From Cycas panzhihuaensis (taxonomy: Eukaryota > Plantae > Cycadophyta): a stretch of DNA of 64,000 bases. The first letter of the stretch is position 1. Each line of letters starts with the position of its first letter. The stretch spans positions 31,503,741 to 31,567,740 of the forward strand of contig CM041465.1 of the NCBI GenBank assembly GCA_023213395.1, written 5' to 3'. A program made the translations under genes and the position numbers. The notes beneath the pieces were generated by a model. The model did not search any database, was not told where the DNA came from, and saw only the letters and a list, made by a program, of their open reading frames with translations. This document shows, one piece after another, positions 12,690 through 25,472 of the stretch.

Positions 12690-14259
12690 AGGATAAACAA
12701 TAGACATGATGGTGATAAAGCAATATAAACAAGGTAGCAAAAAAAAAGATTTAGGTATGTAAATGTGGGCTAACAGAAAAGAATTAGTCTTAATAGGAAA
12801 AGTATTTAATCAGACAGGGTTAAATTCTTCTACAACAACCATAGTGTAAGATAAGCATTAAGTACAGGGAATATGCCAACCTTAAGAAGCTATGCTCATT
12901 GAAAATTTAGGTACATTTGTGTAAACATCATATTTACAACAAAAGTAAGCTTCAAATGCCCATTTGCTACTAAAAAGCATAGAGTGGGATCAACAATACT
13001 CAAGGAAAAATAATTTTTGTAAGTGATGGCAAAAGCCATTCAAGGAAGATTATCCTCTATACTCATAAGAGCAAATAGAGGTCCCAATATAAGCAAACCA
13101 TTTTTATTTTGAAAAGGTTTTATATTTTTATGAAGTTTTGACAATATATTTTGAAAAACAAGAAAACATCAAAAAACCTCACCTATAGTTTGTAAACACA
13201 AACTAAAGATAATGACAATGGTATGTATGTTAGGTAGGTGAACCAAAACTAAAAACCCAAAAAAAGACCAAAATGATATCAACATCTATTTACATCTAAG
13301 ACACCCGATTCTCAAATTAATCTAGCTATGAAGGACAAGACCAACTCAAAATACATCATGTTTTACAAGTTGAAAATTTTTGTAATCTTTGCAATTTTTT
13401 ATTTTATTATCGTTGTTTTGAATATAAAAGATCATACATTATTCAATACAAGTGAAAATAAACAATCATAAATGACCAAGTCAAAACTCATTATTGTCCA
13501 TAAAGATGTGCAAAAGCACAAAGGAACAATGAATAGACAAATGAAAAAAACTACCAAAATACAACGATGAAAAGAACAAGCAGGAGTGCAAAGGCACCTT
13601 TTACCCCCAATCTTATTCAAACAAATAAGATTGGAACCAATACAAATAGGTTCATAGCCATGAAAGTTGACTAAGTCAACGGGATCAAACAAAGTCTAAT
13701 TAAAACTAAGCTCATCACACTGAGGTAAAACTTTAGAAAATGCGATTGTGCCACTTCTAAAGCTAGGTTGGTTAATAACCTAACCAATAAGTGAGTTAAC
13801 AAAAGAATTTGAAGCGTCATAAAAGGTATATGAATTAAATATAGGTAAGCAAGAATATGATTAAGTCTCTAATTCTAGAATATCAAAGTTCAATGAAATG
13901 GAAGAGGCTTCAAATGAAAAGGATGAATACAAATACTTTTCATTCACCAAAAAAGCAATAAAGAGTGATCCAGGGATAACATTAGGCTAAAATCCATATA
14001 AAATTTTTGAATCTAAATCCTTAGAAATAGCTAAAACATTTATGATTTTAGAATCACATGAACAAGTAAGTGCTTGATCTTGCTTAATGCTTATGGTGAG
14101 AACTTCATATTATGAATTAGCATTGCTTCTAAACTAGACCATAGTCATCTTACCATAAATGCATGTTATAGATCTATCCCATTGGTCGTGATCAAGATCA
14201 ACAAATAGGATGATCATTGAAATGTCAAGAGAAGTATCAGTTTAAAATATTGAAATTTT

Positions 14260-14600
14260 GACAACCTTCGCTTGGTTCTCAGGAGCAAACTGAATCTCAC
14301 CAAATAGGAAGGATGGTACTACACACATGACACTTATCCATCATCGACCAAGTAGGATGTTATAATCAAGTGGAATATCAATAACTTCAATGTCAACCTC
14401 AATAGTATTTCCCTCAAATGTGATTGAAAATTTAGAGATTTTGTGCTTGGATGGACATTTGACTACATCAAATGCTTTAATCATTGTGGGACTCTTATCC
14501 AACTTTTTGAGTTAGAGAGAATGTATGAAGGAAAGAGGCATGACAATTAAAGATGAGTTGTCATTAATAATAGCTCTATGAACATTGATGACAACCTAAA
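14260..14600 (-). pseudogene. Tat/Ogre-type aspartic protease
   Basis: HRAIINDNSSLIVMPLSF..SPTMIKAFD..EVIDIPLDYNILLGR*WISVMCVVPS. Confidence 0.87.
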
Positions 14601-15883
14601 CTAATGAAGGTATAAGATCTTGACAATCAACTACATCAAATGAAAGTAATAAAGGATTAAAAGATAATAACCTTGAAATGAATTTAGAAAATTGAATCCT
14701 AAGTGATCAGAGATAATAATGTCTCATGGTAGGACAATACTCCAACACATCAAAAAGCGACATACTAGAAAAAATATACTTCAAATCCTCAATGAGAGAA
14801 TATGAAGCAGAAGCTCATGAACCAAGCTTAAGAGTAGGCCATTTAAGAGCCTTGGAAGTTTGAGGGTTGGAGACAATTAGTGGAGATTGAATATCTTTCA
14901 TTTGTTTAAAAGAGTCATCCTTCTCCTTTTTAGAAGTTTGTAAGGGGGATTGTACTATGAACACGTCAATAAAATCAATAGGTAAATATCCAAGATAATA
15001 AATCTGTAAAATAAGCTTTTTACCAGTAGTCTTACTAGATTCTCTAAGCTCAGATATTTGAACCCCTGAAGAAGGTTTAAGGAATAAATAGGGGAGAAAG
15101 CTACTAAGGAGTGGAATAAGGAATGTATAAGGATGACTAGTATGTATTTAAAGCAGGCAATGAGAACTGTGAACCAATCACTTAAAATGAATGGGCAAAT
15201 ATTGCATGACAAAGCTACAGAGAATTTAGTTGATTATGAAGACTTTGAATCTGCAAAGATAATTAAGCTTTAATATTTGATAGAGTGGAATGGGAAAAAT
15301 GTATAGGTTTTAAGTTATTGTTAAGGAAAGGATTCTTCTACATTCTCATCTATTGTTTTGGGTTCTAATAACATGATTATTATATTAAGGCCAAGGCGAG
15401 GCAATTCCTAATGGTATGTTCATTAGGAATGCAACAATCCAAGCACCAAAGTTGCTCGTGGCAAGTATTCTCTCAATGGCTTATCTCCCCATATCAATTG
15501 AAATAAAGAGGCTATGTAGGTCATTGTTATTGTCTATTTTGTAGTGCAACAAAGGGAATATTATTTTGTGGACAAGGGAAAGGATTATGTTGCCCCCTCA
15601 ACTAATCAGAACAAGGTTTGCTTTGACATCATTATACATCCTATACAAGGACACTCTAAGACTCATTTTGTGTAATGAGGTTCTCAACTAGATGTGTTAG
15701 TTGAATCGAAAACACAGTTAGATCAGACAAAGAAGTTGATAGAGGAGACTAGATTGTCTAAATAACTTATTAAATAGGTTGACATAAAAAGGGTAGGGGT
15801 GGACCCTCACCAATGACTCCATCTTGGTTAGAATCATCAAGGAAAATAACATGTAAAAGTGTTGGACTTTGAACAATAACTAA

Positions 15884-16400
15884 TCATGATTGAATCAAAG
15901 TGTGCTCATATTGTTGAGCAATTTGTTCAACTTCTGTGTATGTCCTAAGACTTTGTCTCAAAAGCTTAAAGTTGACAACACCCATTAGACTATCAATGAA
16001 ACTTTGTTTTACGGTAATATCGTCAAGAGGAACTGTGCAAAAATTGACCAACTCACGAAAATGCTTTATGTGCTGACTGATGGTTTGATGGGGCATTTGT
16101 TTATATGTCAACAAAGTGTAAATATCATCATCTTTGACTTTAGGTAGAGCGAAATAATTGAGAAAATTCTCAAGCAACTCTTTGGTGCTATTAATTACAT
16201 TAGCGAGAAATTGCATAAACCAAAAGGTGCTAGCATCCTCTAAAATCATGTAGGGAAAAAGTCTCATTTGAATGCTATCATCATAAATTTATGCAATGTT
16301 AAGAAAAATGTCCATGTGATTTTTAGGATCCTCTTCTAATTTTCCACAGAACTTGGGCAAACCAAGTGGAATAATGGATATATCTGACGTAGTTGCTGGT
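15884..16400 (-). pseudogene. gag: Ty3/gypsy Gag capsid region (Retrotrans_gag-like)
   Basis: LPKFCGKLEEDPKNHMDIF upstream of ORF 15884-16267 MRLFPYMILEDASTFWF..LLENFLNYF..YKQMPHQTISQHIKHFRELV. Confidence 0.85.
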
Positions 16401-16770
16401 ATGGCTAACAAGGATGATCTGATATAAGAGAGGCATCAAAATCACAAAATGGTGAGACTTATGCTAGACTAACTCCCTGATGGAATACTCATGATGAGTC
16501 ACAAAGTGAAATATCAATGTAAATAATATCGAATTGCAGCAAAGAGTGATACTACAATGAAAGTTACTAGATATGAAGCAGCGAAACTGGGAGGAGGAAA
16601 ACATGAAATACCTATCTTAAGAGAGATAGAAGCTTCCACAAGCATGCATGGTCTAAGAGAGGATAAACTTCTTAATTGACAAGATACCTGTTGTAGTTAA
16701 CTAGAACCCCATAACATTGATGCGATGTTGTAGAGAATGTAAAGGTGACTGCAACGAGATTACAATTCCA

Positions 16771-16794
16771 GTCCCCAATATGGTTACTAGAAAA
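16771..16794 (-). promoter_or_regulatory. Degenerate Tat-type PBS
   Basis: Element strand reads LTR end gcaaaca then ttttctagtaaccatattggggac, resembling TGGCGACC..TGGGGAC. Confidence 0.6.
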
Positions 16795-19700
16795 TGTTTG
16801 CATAAGGAGGTCATCATGTAAGATTCTATTAGAAATTTGTCTGTATGCATGATGAAGAATTTCAAGATCACACCCAAGGAAACATTTATGAGTTGAACAC
16901 AATGCAATCAAAAGATAGAAGTTACTTTTACAAGCAACTTCGTAATATAATGTCACCAAAACCTATTAAATCGACATCCTTTCTTTCTTCATTAATATCA
17001 ATTTTTAAATGTTTACTACTCATAAAGGGATGGTAATAAATACATTTAACCCTACAACTTCAAAATAAATAGCCCCAAATTACCATATAAGCATATACAG
17101 GTGAAGGGCTAGTAAAACAAAAATTGACTCTAGTTATAAGCAATAGTGGCTCAAATGATTCCTCCCAAGTTTATTTTATATTATGTTGATCGTCATCTAC
17201 CAAGATAGGTCATAAACACCTATCTTCTTGCTTATTTACAACTTGACTCAATTTAGAACATGATAAGATTTATTGCAAACATGTTGTATAATCACTCTAT
17301 AGCAACAAAATGCTACAACTTAAGAAAATCACTAATGCTACACTCCCATTGCATCCTAAGTTTACTATGAATTATCTTATTGCAATGATAATTGTCAACT
17401 TGGAATTATAATTATCCCATGACAAGACAAGATAGGATCTGTTTGTCTTTTTGTTTTTCAAATGTTCTTGCGTGTCCAGTATTCAACAATTTTGTTGTCT
17501 ATTATTGTATTACATAAGGCATACAAAACTAGCAATGGACTTTGATGTTGTTGTTTGAGATGAGAAATCACAATTAGTTTGAGATGTACCCTTCTTTATC
17601 ACAAGCAAATTCATTCAAAGAATGAACAATTTGTAGACAACCACAGATCATAGACTTTGAACAAACTAAAGAAGATTCTCATGCAGACTACTCCTCTCTA
17701 TAAGAAGGAAACACCTTTCTATTTAGCTAACGAATAACCACATACCAGAAAATGCCTTTACTAAGTCATGCTCAAATTCACCTTGGAAATAGGGTAGATA
17801 ACAAACCCTTCTTTTTAAGGCGTTAGTAAAATTTCTCAACTTCCCCTTAGCTTATGTCACTTGAGAAATATCCATCAACTCCTATTCTATATAAATAGAA
17901 AGTGATTCTCTCCAATAAAGACTATCAAGTTGGCCTCACAAGGACAATGGATATAGGAAAAATTATTCTCTTCAACAAAGTGAGTTAGTCTCATAAGGAC
18001 AAGAGAGATGCAAATTAATAGCCAACCTACAGAATTTATAAGCTAGGGAAAAAAAATAAAAAGTTTATCATATTAAAGTCACCATAAATAGCCCAAGAAG
18101 TCACTAGGGGTGCAGATTGTGTTGATGTCATGAGGACACATTCAAGTTTAGAAGTTATCAATAAATAAAAGTTGTGCAAATGAGCAATTCTGATTCATTG
18201 GGTGTGAAGAAAAGTTTTTTTTTTTTTAGTTATTGCAGATGGAAACAGTAAGAGTGGAAAATTATGAGTTCTTTGGGTATCTATTCAATTGAAGCCATTT
18301 AGTGAAATACCATGTCATTGGTCTTGAACAGGAAAATATTCCCAAAAAAGAAAAAAAAATCAAGAGCAACTATAATGTAAATATTGTTTTTGAATGATAA
18401 CATCCATGTCATACATTTATCATCTAGTCAACTACCACGAGCCTACTAATCTCAAATGTTTCATATGGTGGTTAACATCTTGACTTTGTTAGTAGCAACA
18501 ATCTAATAGAATTTTCAATAAAATTAGACTAAAATTCTAGGAGGTTCCACCATGTAAAAAATTAGATCCAAGTGACATCCATCAGGGGATTCTCTATAGG
18601 TTTCTCAATCAACTCAACACCAAACTAGGCATTCAGACAACATTTAAATTAACATCAATGACAACTATTGCATACCTTAAAGTGAAAGTTTCTTGAATGA
18701 ATTTAAAGAATAAGTACCTTTCAAATCATAATTCCAAACTAATATAATTTGATTGCAATGAGAAAATGCATAAGAGAAAGATTGGGCCAAATTTTGATTT
18801 TATTGAAGCCTTTTTTAAAAAATTGAAACTCTCTTGTCTTCCTCCCATTGAGCACAAAAGATATATAGTACTAATAATTAAGTAAATACATTAGCAACAT
18901 CCTTCCACATTTCTAATATTCCCCTAAAGAAAACATATTACACCTTAACTGCCATGGTTTAACTTAAAATTTACATATATGACCAAATTTAATGAGTTCA
19001 AGCAAAAGGTAAAAGAACACAAAGCTTTGTAATCCCTAGTATGCAAGCACCCTAACAACTTAACTTACAACGAATGACAAACAAGAAGTTATAGTAGCCA
19101 ATGATAGCCCTTTCCTAATTAGTTGTAGCAGAACCTTGAGAACAACAAATAAATAATTGCCAAGAACTAGTGGTAGGCTTGGCAAATGTAGCATGGATGA
19201 TGGAGGTGTATACATCTTAACAAGAGGACGCACTCCATTTGTACTCATAGCTAACAATGACAAATAAAATGCCTGATAACAATGCCATTCAACCAAGTTG
19301 AACTTGGAACTAGTACGAGACTTGGAAACAAACTCCAACCTTCTGACTTTCAAAGATGTTTTTAATTCAAATCAAAATAGTTAAACAAGACCTTATTCAT
19401 ATGGATCTCCCTCTAAAAGAGGCTTCATTTTAAAGCTTTGACAATATTGAATTTAAAAAGGATGCTAACTCATACTTTCCAAATATCACGTAAAAGGGTT
19501 CAAATAAATGGCAATGCTAGAAGTAAGACTAAACCTAAATGAATAACAATGGGAGACTTGGATGGTAATACTACAAGGGCCAGAAGCCATGCACGAGAGT
19601 TAAATTAACTTGAATCTCCTTTTTTCCCATCTCCATTCAGGGAAAAATTACTTCCTTTAAAAGATGAACATTTCTGCATAAGCAAACTATGCTCTTGCTT

Positions 19701-20476
19701 GATAGTTGCTCGAATGAATTCTTGCAGTGAGGCTTGAAATTAGATAGCCCACTTCAAATTCATAACTAGACCAGAGGAAAACTATTACTCCAAATTTTGG
19801 GCTAAACCCTTTATAGAATACTCCATAGCCAACATGTTTGCCTTCTCGCTATAGAGTAATGCTTTGTTAAGAGATATTTTAATGACTTTCATAAGGGGGA
19901 TAATTGCCTTAGGCTTTACAATAGGGTCTCTGCATGCCATTCACTTGAAACAATTATGATCACACATAAACATTCATCAAATTAAGAATTGATAGCTTTT
20001 CTTTTAATAACAAAGCATCTCCCATCTTTTGTCTTCTAGAGAATGGTGTCTCATAATGTCTCCTTCATCGTTGTCTCTATTACATCTTTTAGAGGATAGC
20101 ATTTCCTTGAACCAAGTCTCCATCTTCTTTAAGAAAATTCACCCCTTTTTCCAAAGAACCATCAAATTGAAAATCATGAAACATATTCAAACATCTTTTT
20201 TTTAAGAGAGTTCAAAAATTACCCCTAAAGAGAGCCAAGCGAGTTTTATTTATCCATTAAGAAATAAATACGTGTTGGTGAAGATGACAAGGCCATTCAA
20301 TTTGTTTCAAAATACACTAAATGAGCCTTGTCATCAATTAAACACTAACATAAATATTAACTCAACTAAATACATGAGACCCCATACAAAAGAGGTATAA
20401 TATAAAATAAGACAATTACATCAAATGAGGGAAACATCATCCCATATAACCTAGATCATTAACATATAAAATGTCA
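16795..20476 (-). repeat. 5' LTR of the Tat-like element, main part
   Basis: Starts tgtttgcat; homologous to 5981-9641; cut by copia B. Confidence 0.88.
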
Positions 20477-20659
20477 TTATGCTTCAATGCATTAATAAGG
20501 AGAGAGAAACTCTCATATAAATATATCATGTATATATAAAGAGGCCAGTGTATGTTGACCAAGTATCAATAATACATTAAAGAGAGGTTAAACACATAAT
20601 GCTCAACTTTACCTTAGAAAACTTTAGAATACAAAAGATAAAATATTATTTCTCTAACA
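20477..20659 (-). repeat. 3' LTR of copia B, left end deleted
   Basis: Matches ~59630-59808; ends ctctaaca followed by ccctctcttaa. Confidence 0.82.
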
Positions 20660-20689
20660 CCCTCTCTTAATGTTTTAGCTTTTGTTTTC

Positions 20690-22923
20690 AACACCAAGAA
20701 GATGCTTAAGATATTGGAATTTATCTTTTGGAAGTGTTTTTATGATAATATCAACAAGTTGTTCTTTGTTGCTATAGTATAATAAATCTCTCTCTTTATT
20801 TTGTACTTTCTCTCTGATGAAATGATAATGAACTTCCAGGTGTTTTGTTTTGACATGGAATACTAGATTCTTTATTAATTTAATAACACTTTGGTTATCA
20901 TAAAGAACAGATGTAAACTAATTTTTTTTTTTTTTAAATCTTTAAGTAGTTATCTAACCCATACTGCTTCACAGGTGGCATTGACAGCTACTTTATATTA
21001 TACTTCAGTGGATGACAAGGCCATTATGGATTGTTTCTTGTTACTCCAAGATATAAGTGCAGATCTAAATGAAAAATAATATCATGTGGTAGATTTTCTC
21101 TCTTGTTTATCTCCTACCTAATCTAAATTACTATAACCAACTAACTAAATATTTGAAACTTGAGTGTAGTTAAGATCCATTATTAGGTTCTTTTAATATA
21201 TCTAAGAATTCTTTTAGCAACATTCCAAAGAAATAATTTTTGATGTTGCATATACAACTCTAACTAAGTATGAAATATCTAGCCTTATAGTTATGAGGTG
21301 GATAAGACTACCTATAAATTATCTATACAATGTTCCATCTATTGTTTATTTATTATCATCGGTATTTAAAATGCATCCAATTTCCATTAGAGTACCTCAG
21401 TTATTATAATCCTCCATTATAATTTTTTGAAGGACTTGTTTAACATATTTTTCTTGGAATATGAAAATAGAATCCTTTTGTTGACTGACTTCAATGCCTA
21501 GATAATAATGAAGCTGACCTATATCTATCATTTCAAATTGATTTTCCATTTGTAGCTTGACTTGGCAGATTGTATCATTATCATTTCTTCTAACTATCAT
21601 GCCATATACATAAACTACAATGATAATTATTAAATTATCTTTATTTGTTTTAATATAAAGAGTAGGGTCTGAGTTACATTTACAAAAAATATATTTGTTG
21701 TAGATGTTGATCTAGCTTTACATAACATACTTTGAGTGCATGTTTTAGTCCATATAGGGTTTTTTTAATTTGCAGATAAAATTTTCTTCACCATTTTTTA
21801 TATATCTTGTTAGTTGTTACATATATATTTCCTCAGCCAAATCATCATTCAAGAAAGCACTTTTGACATCGATTTGTATGGTGTTGCATTTAAATTAAGC
21901 TACCATGGCTATAATTGTCCACATAGTAATTAATTTGTCTACTAGTGAAATGTTTTCCTTATAATCAATTCCTTCTATTTGAATATAACCTTTTACAACC
22001 AGTCTTACCTTATATCTTTTAATTGTACTTTTAGATTTTTCTTTTATCTTTTATACCTACTTGCAACCAATGATGGGTTTGTCTATGGAAGCATCCATTA
22101 ATTCCCAAGTCTTATTCTTTTTTATGGCATCAATTTCTGCATCTATGGCTTCTTGCCACTCTAGATGATCACAAGCTTCTAAATAATTTTGTGATTCAAT
22201 AGAGCACATTAAGCTTTAGTATCTTTGTGACCTAGTCCTTTGTTTAAACATATTACCTTTTGATTCTTCAAAAGTTTTGATGTATTGCTTGGGTAATCCT
22301 TTTGAAGATTCATGACTGCTTCTTTTAGACGAGTTTTATTCTTCTTTAGAAATGTTTTGTTCTTCTTCAAACAATTAATGTTATTCTATGATACTTTGCT
22401 CATTTTCTTCCTGAAGCTCACTATCTAACATATCTTTTTCTACAGTAATGACTTTAGAAACTTCTTCAATTAGTACATGTGCCTGTGTATCTCCTTCAAT
22501 TTGTTTGTACTCTATCTTTTCTTTTTTATTTATCTGTTCATGAAAAGTCACATCTCTACTAACATATATCCTGTTTGTTTTTATCTTTACATCTATATGC
22601 TTTAGATTTATTACTATATTCAATTATAATGCATTCTATACTTTTGTCATCTAGCTTTATTCTTTTCTTGTTAGGAATTTAAACATAAGCTTTACTACTA
22701 AAGATTTTAAGATGACTTACATTTAGCCTTCTGTCAGTCCATGCTTCTTTAGGAGTTATATCATCTAGAGCTTGTGTAGGGCTTTTGTTGATGAGGTACA
22801 TTGATGTGTTGACTGCTTATGCCCAATATGTTTTTGTTAATGTCTTTTTGTTTATCATGCATTGTGTTATTTTTATTATTGTTCTATTCATACGTTTAAC
22901 TACTCCATTTGATTGTGGTATAT
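20690..22923 (-). pseudogene. pol: Copia B pol: integrase C-terminal half, RT, RNase H
   Basis: PQSNGVVKRMNRTII at ~22870-22918; IYVSRDVTFHE (ORF 22381-22623); FEMIDIGQLHYYLGIEV (ORF 21397-21600). Confidence 0.9.
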
Positions 22924-23313
22924 TCTTAAAACATATTGATTCAAAGATTGTCTTTGAAGCCCTAATGAAAAATATAGATCAAAGCTATGATACAAGTGTG
23001 AGGTATAAAAATAAACAATAAATGAAATATAAGAAAGATAAAGTATGGACAAAGTAAAAGACAACAATGATATGGAAAAATGAGCACCTTCCAAATTATT
23101 GCATTAGACATGAATATATACTTATAGTATAATTGACCTCATACTTGACCAATGAGATGGAAGAACACTTAAGTTAACTAATGGGGATGTTTATATGAAT
23201 AGGTGTGCATCACATGCACACATATCAATCTCATAATAAAATATACCTATGAGAGAGTTAAGAAATGATAAGGGGGGCACACATAAACTCACATTAAACA
23301 CTATGTTTTAACA
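22924..23313 (-). repeat. 3' LTR of element D (390 bp)
   Basis: tcttaaaacata...tatgttttaaca inverted termini (11/12), adjacent to PPT. Confidence 0.75.
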
Positions 23314-24486
23314 TCCCCCCCCCCCCTCATAATGTTTAATGTCATATTTATACATTATATGGAAATCTACTCGAATAAATAAAGATTGACTCTATATGTC
23401 GCTAGCTATATCTACAAGCTGCAAATAAAATCTATTGAAACCTATATAAAGAAAAGTCCATCTACCAAGATGCATGGGTAACCAACTATTATAATCTCCA
23501 ATTAAATAGGAACCTTCTTCAAATGCATCATTTAATCAAGCAGTCAACTTTATTTTGAAAACAAGTCTACATAACAAATGAGTTAAGTACCAAAATAGTT
23601 GCATTCATGTTCAAGGCAACCAATTTTTAGTTCTTTCATTCTTATTTGAAGTAACCAATTTGTAGTTCTTTCAAAGATAAGAGTAAGAAATATGCTTTTA
23701 TGAAGCATCATCTGCTAAAAAATAATAATACAAATACCAGATGTAATTTTATAAAAAAAAAACTCTTATAAGTGTAAAAAGGATTCTTAAGAGCCTTTAA
23801 TCTATCATAAATAAGTAATTTTTGCTTAAATTTAAACCAAACATGCTTTTTCTTTCACCATCTTGCAAAAATAATATTTATAACAAGAGTAATGACCCTT
23901 TTAAGGAGGGTTTACCCTAAGGTTTTAGACTAAAAAAAATACCCTCTAATAAAATGTTGATAACTTTTTACTCAAACTTTTAACTAATCTGAAATCACTT
24001 CCACATAGATTAAAAAATATATAGAATTTAAAAAAAAATTGAGGTCAATTAAATACTTACAATTAAAGTTATGGCTATTCAAAGTTGAGGTATCAAATCT
24101 GCCTTCAAAATTGGTGACGAAAAATAAGCAAAAATTAAATCTGTTATAATCCTTTCTTTATAGCTCCAAAATTTGTAATCTAATCACTCAAGCTTTGTAG
24201 GACAAATCAATTCGTCTTAAATTCACCATTGTTTCTTGAAAAAAATTTTAGTGTAGTCTTTAAACCCTTCTACCTACTTGCAAAATGATTATATACAAAA
24301 GAAACTTGGCTCAATAGGCTCAAAACTTGATTGAGAGGATCTTCACCTTACCATAGTAACTTGGATTCAACCTTGCTCTGATATCATGTTAAAATATATA
24401 CCCAAATTACTCATATGCATTTAAAAAGGGAAATAGATCATAACAAAATTATTAACAAAATGATACATTTGAATTGTTCAGGAACT

Positions 24487-25472
24487 TGTAGTAGAAGGAA
24501 GCTAAATCAACAGTGGAGCTCGTATAAAGAGCATACACACATTGGATGCAAAATGCAAATCTATGGAGATTTGAGTTACTTGTAAAAATGTAGAGCCCTC
24601 GCTACCCATATCACACATAGCCATCACACATATGGAAGAAAATAAAGAGTAGCCATAAAGGGCATGAAGATTCTTGTGCAAAATCCTTCGTGAGGTTGCA
24701 GTTTGTAGACAAAAGTGAGAGATAGGATGCTCGCCCACCATTTGAAGAAGGATCACGCCCAATGCTTCACCACATTTTCCACCTACATAAATCTTTGCTT
24801 AAAGCTACCATTTCACAGCCATGGAGAGAGGAGTTTTATATCTAGGTTCTTTATTAAAATCATGTCATTATGTCATATTTTCTTAGTAGTTTTTCCATTG
24901 TAGTGTGGAGGATTCGCATATAGCAATAAGTTATGTTTTTTATAATGTTGAAAGTTGAAAATAGCATGTGAAGTCTGTAGATTAGAAGATATATGCAACG
25001 ACAAAAGTCTTCAATGTTGGAAAATGACAATGAAACCTTGTAGAGATCCGAAGTTACAAGGAGAAGACTTATCGATGTGATAATGAGCCATGAGATTGGC
25101 CATCCTAGCAGATCAAATATGAGTTATTTTTCTCTTTAAAAGTTGCAGTCATCTTTTATTTTTAGCCAATATATTTAGCTATTTTCTACTCTACAGCTCT
25201 AAATATTTGTTTGTATTCTATCTACCATGATGTCTCTCCATTTAGGTCTGCATCTCTGTTATTACTTGATCTTGATAAAGTTGTATCAATGTGTAGCATT
25301 GATATGTGCTTTGTATAAGCATTTATACAAACATTTTCAATTATATTTGATGGTGTTTAGCAATTAGTTTTGCCCATTAGAGGTAAAGGCTTTGCATCTT
25401 ATTTGTTATGTGGCTTACACGACTTCACTCATATCTCCAATATCATTTCACTATAGTAGTGACTTTGGGGAC
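24487..25472 (+). repeat. Probable gypsy-type LTR plus PBS remnant
   Basis: tgtagt...cactata termini followed by gtagtgactttggggac (Tat/Athila-like PBS); alternative start tgtagtg at 24899. Confidence 0.45.

Noticed and set aside
19060-19353. 97-aa ORF inside the Tat-like LTR
   Set aside because: The homologous frame in the sister LTR contains stops and no domain is recognisable
5981-20476. Host segmental duplication of 3.7 kb
   Set aside because: PBS, PPT, TG/CA termini and a TSD show the two copies are the LTRs of one element
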